64,000 nt of DNA, taken from assembly GCA_963678315.1 (NCBI GenBank), contig OY782781.1, forward strand, positions 704,001-768,000. The letters are read 5' to 3'. Numbering within the stretch: the stretch's first letter is position 1; each line of letters opens with the position of its first letter. A model generated the notes under the pieces. It made no database searches, was not told the DNA's origin, and saw only the letters and a program-made list of their open reading frames with translations. Position numbers and translations under genes: made by a program. The stretch comes from Candidatus Cloacimonadales bacterium (GTDB taxonomy: Bacteria; Cloacimonadota; Cloacimonadia; Cloacimonadales; JAFGVF01). This document shows, piece by piece, positions 58,827 to 64,000 of this stretch.

Positions 58827-59980
58827 AGAGAATTACAATTATTACAACTTGTTGCTTCCCTTATGGAGGACCAGCTGAAACATTAGTTCGAAATCTATCA
58901 ATTGGGATTTCTGCTAATGAATGTAATGTCAATGTAGTAAGATTTAGAGGAAAAAGATACACAAAAAAAAATGATGTTGATATAGAAGATAGTAATTATC
59001 TATTTAACAAACCTTTTGATAGTGAACTAGGTAAAATTTTAGAATTAATGCTAAATATACTATACATTCCGATATTTTTGCTTTATCTTAAATTTTTTAA
59101 GAATAAACAAGCAATTATTTTGTATGGTTTTGAGTATACTTATCAAATAATTCCTTTCATAATGTTCTCGAAAATACTGAAGATAAAATGTATTAGGTTT
59201 ATAACTGATCATTATAGAACAACATCTATAGTACCTGTTTGGTGGAAATATCCTAAGTTTATTTCATATATGATTCAAAAAAAATATGTTGACAAATTTC
59301 TTGATGGTGTTGTTGTTTTAAGCTCTTTGCTTTATAAACAATGTCAGGCGAGAGGAGTAAAAAAGGGAAAAATTATTTTGATTCCACATTTCATTGAGAT
59401 TCTAAAGCATACTGTAAAAAGGAAAACATACAATAATAACGTTAATGTTTGTTTTTGCGGAACAGTTGTTGAAGCTAATGGGATTAGTGATTTAATAGAG
59501 GCAATGAACATTGTTCAAAAGAAGTATCAAAATGTTACACTTAAGATAATTGGTAGAGTTGATAAGCAGTATAAAAATAAGTTAGTAACTTTATCAAAAA
59601 AAGAAATACATTTTACTGGGTATTTACACAAAAAAGAAGTAGAAGAAGAACTTGAGAATAGTGATATTTTAATTAACCCTAGAAAATATAGTTTAGCTGC
59701 TGAAGCAGGATTTCCAACAAAATTGGGTGAATATTTTTCATCAAAGAAAGCAGTAGTATCTACAAAACTTGGAGACTTAAAAGACTATTTTATTGATGGT
59801 AAAGAGCTGGTATTTGCTGAACCTGATAAGCCTGTTTCATTAGCTGAAGGTATTATGAAATTGATAGAAGATGAAAATTTAAGAACATATATTGGTCAAA
59901 ATGGTTATAATTGGGCAATAAAAAATCTAAATAACATAACTAATTCAAAGAAATTATTAGACTTTATTGACAAATTGTAA
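58823..59980 (+). CDS. Glycosyltransferase family 4
   Basis: GFPTKLGEY..S.K.VV motif. Confidence 0.85.
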   Translation: MKRITIITTCCFPYGGPAETLVRNLSIGISANECNVNVVRFRGKRYTKKNDVDIEDSNYLFNKPFDSELGKILELMLNILYIPIFLLYLKFFKNKQAIILYGFEYTYQIIPFIMFSKILKIKCIRFITDHYRTTSIVPVWWKYPKFISYMIQKKYVDKFLDGVVVLSSLLYKQCQARGVKKGKIILIPHFIEILKHTVKRKTYNNNVNVCFCGTVVEANGISDLIEAMNIVQKKYQNVTLKIIGRVDKQYKNKLVTLSKKEIHFTGYLHKKEVEEELENSDILINPRKYSLAAEAGFPTKLGEYFSSKKAVVSTKLGDLKDYFIDGKELVFAEPDKPVSLAEGIMKLIEDENLRTYIGQNGYNWAIKNLNNITNSKKLLDFIDKL

Positions 59981-59990
59981 AGGAGCAGAA

Positions 59991-60689
59991 ATGAAAGCAG
60001 TAATTCTTGCGGGAGGTCTTGGAACTAGATTAAGACCATTTACAGAAGTAATACCAAAACCACTGTTACCTATTGGGGAGAAATCAGTATTAGAAATTCA
60101 AATAGATGCATTAAAAAAACATGGATTTGATGAAATATATTTAGCGACAAACTATAAATCAGAATATATAGAGAACTTTTTTGGTGATGGTACTAATTTT
60201 GGAGTTAAATTGACTATTAGCAAAGAAACGAAAAAATTAGGAACAGTAGGACCTTTAACTCTCCTAAAAGATGTACTTACAGAACCATTTTTAATGATGA
60301 ATGGAGATATATTAACGCAGCTTGACTATAAAAAGATGTATGACTTTGCAATGTCAAAAAATACAGACCTAACTGTTGGGATTAAAGAGATTGTTACCCC
60401 ATTTCAATATGGTAATATTTTTTATGAAGGTGACTATGTTACAGGTATTCAAGAGAAGCCTAAGATAAAGACAAAAATTTTAGCTGGTATATATATTTTT
60501 AAGCCAGAAATTTTTATAAGAATTCCAGAAGATACTTATTTTGGAATGGATAATTTAATTGAATCTATGTTAGATTCTAAAGAAAATATTGCCAAATACG
60601 AGATTAATGAATATTGGTTAGATATTGGTCAAGTAGCTGATTATAAAAAAGCTCAAGAAGTTTATAAAACTCATTTTGTCAAGGAATAG
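59991..60689 (+). CDS. Sugar-phosphate nucleotidyltransferase
   Basis: ILAGGLGTRLRP...PKPL, LGT.G, NGD and WLDIG motifs; start ATG 59991 after AGGAG. Confidence 0.9.
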   Translation: MKAVILAGGLGTRLRPFTEVIPKPLLPIGEKSVLEIQIDALKKHGFDEIYLATNYKSEYIENFFGDGTNFGVKLTISKETKKLGTVGPLTLLKDVLTEPFLMMNGDILTQLDYKKMYDFAMSKNTDLTVGIKEIVTPFQYGNIFYEGDYVTGIQEKPKIKTKILAGIYIFKPEIFIRIPEDTYFGMDNLIESMLDSKENIAKYEINEYWLDIGQVADYKKAQEVYKTHFVKE

Positions 60690-60691
60690 TA

Positions 60692-61678
60692 ATGAAAAAA
60701 GTATTAGTTACAGGAGCTGATGGTTTCATTGGCTCACATTTAGTTGAAAATTTAGTAGATCAGGGATATAATGTAAGAGCTTTTGTCTATTATAATTCTT
60801 TTAATAGATGGGGATGGCTTGATAACTTTTCGAAAGAAAAATTAAATAAAATAGAAATATTTTCTGGTGATATTAGAGATCCAAATGGGGTTAGGGTAGC
60901 AATGGAAGGCATTGATATTGTTTTTCATCTAGCAGCTTTGATTGCAATCCCATTTTCTTATCATTCTCCAGATTCTTATGTTGATACAAATGTAAAAGGA
61001 ACTTTAAATGTCTTACAAGCTGCTAGGCTTTTAGGAACCCCAAGAGTGTTGGTTACTTCTACATCTGAAGTTTATGGTACTGCTCAATTTGTACCTATAA
61101 CAGAAGAACACCCTTACCAAGGTCAATCACCATATTCTGCAAGTAAGATAGGTGCTGATAGAATGGCTGAATCGTTTTATAGATCATTTGATTTGCCTGT
61201 AACTATTGTCAGACCTTTTAACACTTTTGGGCCAAGACAATCAGCCAGAGCTGTTATTCCTACGATTATAACTCAACTATTAAGTGGTTTCCAAGAGATA
61301 AAGCTAGGAGATTTAACTCCTACCAGAGATTTTGTTTATGCTAAAGATACTGCTCAAGGTTTCATTGAAATATCTAAATGTGATAATACTATTGGTCAAG
61401 AAATTAATATAGCAACTCAATCTGAAATATCTATTGGGCAGTTAGCTCAAGAGATGATTAATCAGATTAACCCAAAAGCTAAAATTGTGTGCGACCAACA
61501 AAGAATTAGACCTGAGAAGAGTGAAGTTAATAGACTCTTTGGTTGCAATGAAAAGATAAAGAAACTCACAGATTGGACACCTAAATATACTTTAGCAGAA
61601 GGATTAAAGGAAACTATTGAATGGTTCTCAGACAAGAAGAACTTAGCTCAGTATAAACCAGGTATTTATAATCTTTAA
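60692..61678 (+). CDS. legB: NAD-dependent 4,6-dehydratase, LegB-like
   Basis: TGADGFIGSHL, YNSFN.WGWL, HLAALIAIPFSY, TSTSEVYG, YSASK and RPFNTFGPRQSARAVIP motifs. Confidence 0.8.
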   Translation: MKKVLVTGADGFIGSHLVENLVDQGYNVRAFVYYNSFNRWGWLDNFSKEKLNKIEIFSGDIRDPNGVRVAMEGIDIVFHLAALIAIPFSYHSPDSYVDTNVKGTLNVLQAARLLGTPRVLVTSTSEVYGTAQFVPITEEHPYQGQSPYSASKIGADRMAESFYRSFDLPVTIVRPFNTFGPRQSARAVIPTIITQLLSGFQEIKLGDLTPTRDFVYAKDTAQGFIEISKCDNTIGQEINIATQSEISIGQLAQEMINQINPKAKIVCDQQRIRPEKSEVNRLFGCNEKIKKLTDWTPKYTLAEGLKETIEWFSDKKNLAQYKPGIYNL

Positions 61679-61686
61679 GATTTTTT

Positions 61687-62278
61687 CACCACAAAGACAC
61701 AAAGAACACTAATAGTTGAAGTAACACAAAAAGAGATTAAACACGGAAGCACAAAAATTCACAAAAACACGATTTATAATAACGTAATGTATATCAAAAG
61801 AGATTGTTATGGAGTCTGTAGATAAACAAAAGATGGCACGTCTAAATAATCTAAGTAAGAAAATTGTAGATTGTTTGTATTGTGTGCATAGAGAACTAGG
61901 TCCAGGTCTGCTTGAAAGAGCCTACCATCTTAGTTTATGCCATGAGTTAGATTTACGGAATATAAAATATCAAAATGAAGTTTATGTTCCAATAAACTAT
62001 AAAGATATGAGAATTGAATCAGCATACAGATTAGATTTGTTAATTGAAGATGAGATAATTATTGAGCTGAAAGCTGTGAAAAAATTAAATCACTATTTGC
62101 ATCCCAATTATTGACATATTTGCGATTAAGTAATAAGAAATTAGGTTTGTTAGTAAATTTCAATGTTAGCAATATTGGCAAAGGTATTAAAAGAATTATT
62201 AATTGATAAAACTCTTACTAAATATGCAAGAGACTTTTTTGTGTCTTATAGTATTTTTTAGAGATTTTTTGTGTTTAA
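61687..62278. mobile_element. Degenerate GxxExxY element 4
   Basis: Left arms CACCACAAAGACACAAAGAACACTAA (61687-61712) and 61737-61767; only short complementary remnants on the right (62235-62247, 62265-62278). Confidence 0.45.
61809..62206 (+). pseudogene. Frameshifted GxxExxY gene
   Basis: LGPGLLERAY..YRLDLLIE..ELKAV in frame 0. The C-terminus ([37 protein letters not shown], stop 62204-62206) is in the -1 frame, with the shift at about 62076-62084. Confidence 0.85.
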
Positions 62279-62296
62279 ATAATTAAAGAAGGAAAT

Positions 62297-63475
62297 ATGA
62301 AAGAAAAATATCAAAAAATTATAGATTTCATCCGCTCAATCTACAAAACAGAGGACTTTCTCCCTCTTCATGAACCAAGGTTCTGGGGAAATGAGAAGAA
62401 GTATCTAAACGAATGTATTGATTCTACCTTTGTGTCTTCTGTAGGAAAATTTGTAGATAGAATAGAAGCGGATGTTGCAAAATATACTGGAGCTAAAAAA
62501 GCAGTTGCAGTGGTAAACGGTACAGCAGCTTTACATATTGCTCTTAAGCTAGTAGGAGTTGATGAAACTTGTGAAGTTATTACTCAACCTCTTACTTTTA
62601 TCGCTACAGCAAATGCAATTTCATATTGTAAAGCAGAGCCTATATTTGTAGATGTAGATAAGGATACGTTAGGAATGTCTCCTAAATATTTAGAGACATT
62701 TTTACAAGAAAATACAGTATTAGTCCATGATAAAAAACAATGCCTAAATAAATTAACCAATAAGATTATTAAAGCTTGCGTACCAATGCATACCTTTGGT
62801 CATCCATGCAAGATAGATGAAATTGTTGAAATATGTGACAGATATTATATCACCGTGGTAGAAGATTCTGCAGAATCTATAGGTAGCTATTATAAAGGGC
62901 AACATACAGGTACTTTTGGAAAACTAGGAGTATTAAGCTTTAATGGCAACAAAACTATCACTTCTGGTGGTGGTGGTATGGTTATTACTGACGATGAAGA
63001 TTTAGCAAAGAAAGCCAAATATATTACAACTACGGCAAAAATCCCTCATAAATGGGAGTATAGGCATGATATGATAGGATATAATTACCGGATGCCCAAT
63101 ATTAATGCAGCCCTAGCCTGTGCTCAATTAGAGCAATTGGACGGCTTTGTTGAGAAGAAAAGAGCTTTGGCTCAGAGATATAAAGAATTTTTCTCAAATC
63201 AACAAATCAACGAATCAACAAATCAACTAGAATTTTTTATAGAACCAAAAAATTCTTATTCAAATTACTGGCTTAATGCCCTAGTGCTAAAAGATAGAGA
63301 AGAAAGAGATAAGTTTTTAGAATATACTAATTCTAATGGAATAATGACAAGACCTATCTGGACTTTGATGAATAAATTAGAGATGTTTAAAGGTTGCTTC
63401 AAAGCAGACCTAAGTAATTCTGAGTGGCTTGAAGATAGAATAGTTAACATAACAAGTAGTGTGGTGATATTGTGA
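62297..63475 (+). CDS. legC: LegC-family DegT/DnrJ PLP aminotransferase
   Basis: LHEP, FVSSVG, NGTAALH, EDSAES.G, SFNGNKTIT.GGGG and GYNYRMPN motifs. Confidence 0.88.
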   Translation: MKEKYQKIIDFIRSIYKTEDFLPLHEPRFWGNEKKYLNECIDSTFVSSVGKFVDRIEADVAKYTGAKKAVAVVNGTAALHIALKLVGVDETCEVITQPLTFIATANAISYCKAEPIFVDVDKDTLGMSPKYLETFLQENTVLVHDKKQCLNKLTNKIIKACVPMHTFGHPCKIDEIVEICDRYYITVVEDSAESIGSYYKGQHTGTFGKLGVLSFNGNKTITSGGGGMVITDDEDLAKKAKYITTTAKIPHKWEYRHDMIGYNYRMPNINAALACAQLEQLDGFVEKKRALAQRYKEFFSNQQINESTNQLEFFIEPKNSYSNYWLNALVLKDREERDKFLEYTNSNGIMTRPIWTLMNKLEMFKGCFKADLSNSEWLEDRIVNITSSVVIL

Positions 63476-64000
63476 CAACTTCAGTTTTTGGTGGAGAGCA
63501 CTACTTTACTTTTTCTGACCTAATCTCAAAAAAGAAATTTAATATTGATAGCTTTCTTAAAGAAAAATATCCATTGAAAAATTATACCTTTACGGGGGGA
63601 GGGTATTATTCACTGTATAAAATTATAGAGAATATTAAGTTTGCTAAAGATGATGAAATTTTGTTTCCATCGTATTTATGCCCTACTATACTAATTCCAT
63701 TTAAGAGATGTAATGTAAAATATAGTTTTTACAACGTAAATCAGAATCTAAAAATCGATATTAATGATATAAAAAAAAAGGTTACTAGTAAAACTAAAGC
63801 CATTTTTTTTATTAACTATTTTGGTTTTAAGCATACTGTTGACTTTTATAACTTGATTTCTGAGTTAAAATCTGATGGGATTATAATTATAGAGGATTTG
63901 GTTCAGAGTTTTTTTTCTAATCATGAGATTGTTGGAGATTATGCTTTTAATAGTTTTAGAAAATTTCTACCTGTAGATGGTAGTGTGATTATTTCTAATG
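63472..64000 (+). CDS. DegT-like PLP-dependent protein (3' partial)
   Basis: Not in the ORF track. GTG overlaps the legC stop (GTGA). Manual translation shows PSYLC, INYFG, IIEDLVQS and NSFRKFLP; open to the window end. Confidence 0.75.
   Translation, partial: MTTSVFGGEHYFTFSDLISKKKFNIDSFLKEKYPLKNYTFTGGGYYSLYKIIENIKFAKDDEILFPSYLCPTILIPFKRCNVKYSFYNVNQNLKIDINDIKKKVTSKTKAIFFINYFGFKHTVDFYNLISELKSDGIIIIEDLVQSFFSNHEIVGDYAFNSFRKFLPVDGSVIISN

Noticed and set aside
62076..62086. Programmed -1 frameshift in GxxExxY copy 4
   Set aside because: G-AAA-AAA is not a canonical slippery heptamer, no stimulatory hairpin is evident, and the three paralogues are uninterrupted.
40660..62278. Integron cassettes (attC) for the GxxExxY genes
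   Set aside because: The IRs enclose the gene rather than follow it, there are no consistent RYYYAAC/GTTRRRY ends, and no integrase is present.
1374..63450. Short antisense or overlapping ORFs (e.g. 1374-1613, 4600-4854, 7003-7290, 46860-47153, 50006-50323, 57069-57356, 63265-63450)
   Set aside because: Shadows of well-supported genes on the other strand or frame, with no recognisable motifs.
1..64000. tRNA/rRNA genes, including tRNA-Sec near selD
   Set aside because: None recognised by eye; a tRNAscan-SE or Infernal run would be needed to exclude them.

Overview
AT-rich bacterial chromosome segment. Two secreted proteins with a C-terminal NYPNPFNPETTISF FlgD-Ig/T9SS-like domain suggest an FCB-group organism, possibly Cloacimonadota (inference). 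From 1 to 36.1 kb almost all genes are on the minus strand: recX-recA-thpR, a LytS/LytTR pair, an AddAB-like helicase-nuclease, glnA, tyrS, a selenium cluster whose selD contains an in-frame UGA plus a SECIS hairpin, pgpA and a surA-like gene. At 36.1-36.46 kb a dense DnaA-box cluster with DnaA-trio-like repeats sits exactly at the coding-strand switch; this is a probable oriC, and no dnaA gene is in the window. The right arm (plus strand) carries a CCA-adding enzyme, a class II aldolase and a surface-polysaccharide locus of more than 24 kb (rfbB, a nucleotide-sugar dehydrogenase, an ACP/FabH acyl module, wzx/wzy, fnlABC, legB/legC-like genes). The most unusual feature is four small GxxExxY (PD-(D/E)XK-like) genes inserted between sugar-pathway genes. 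Each is flanked by about 30-nt CAC-periodic repeat arms that form nested inverted repeats. Gene-less copies of the same hairpin occur, and protein subtype co-varies with repeat subtype. I propose this as a candidate mobile or intervening element system. Intergenic regions also contain modular REP/MITE-like composite repeats.
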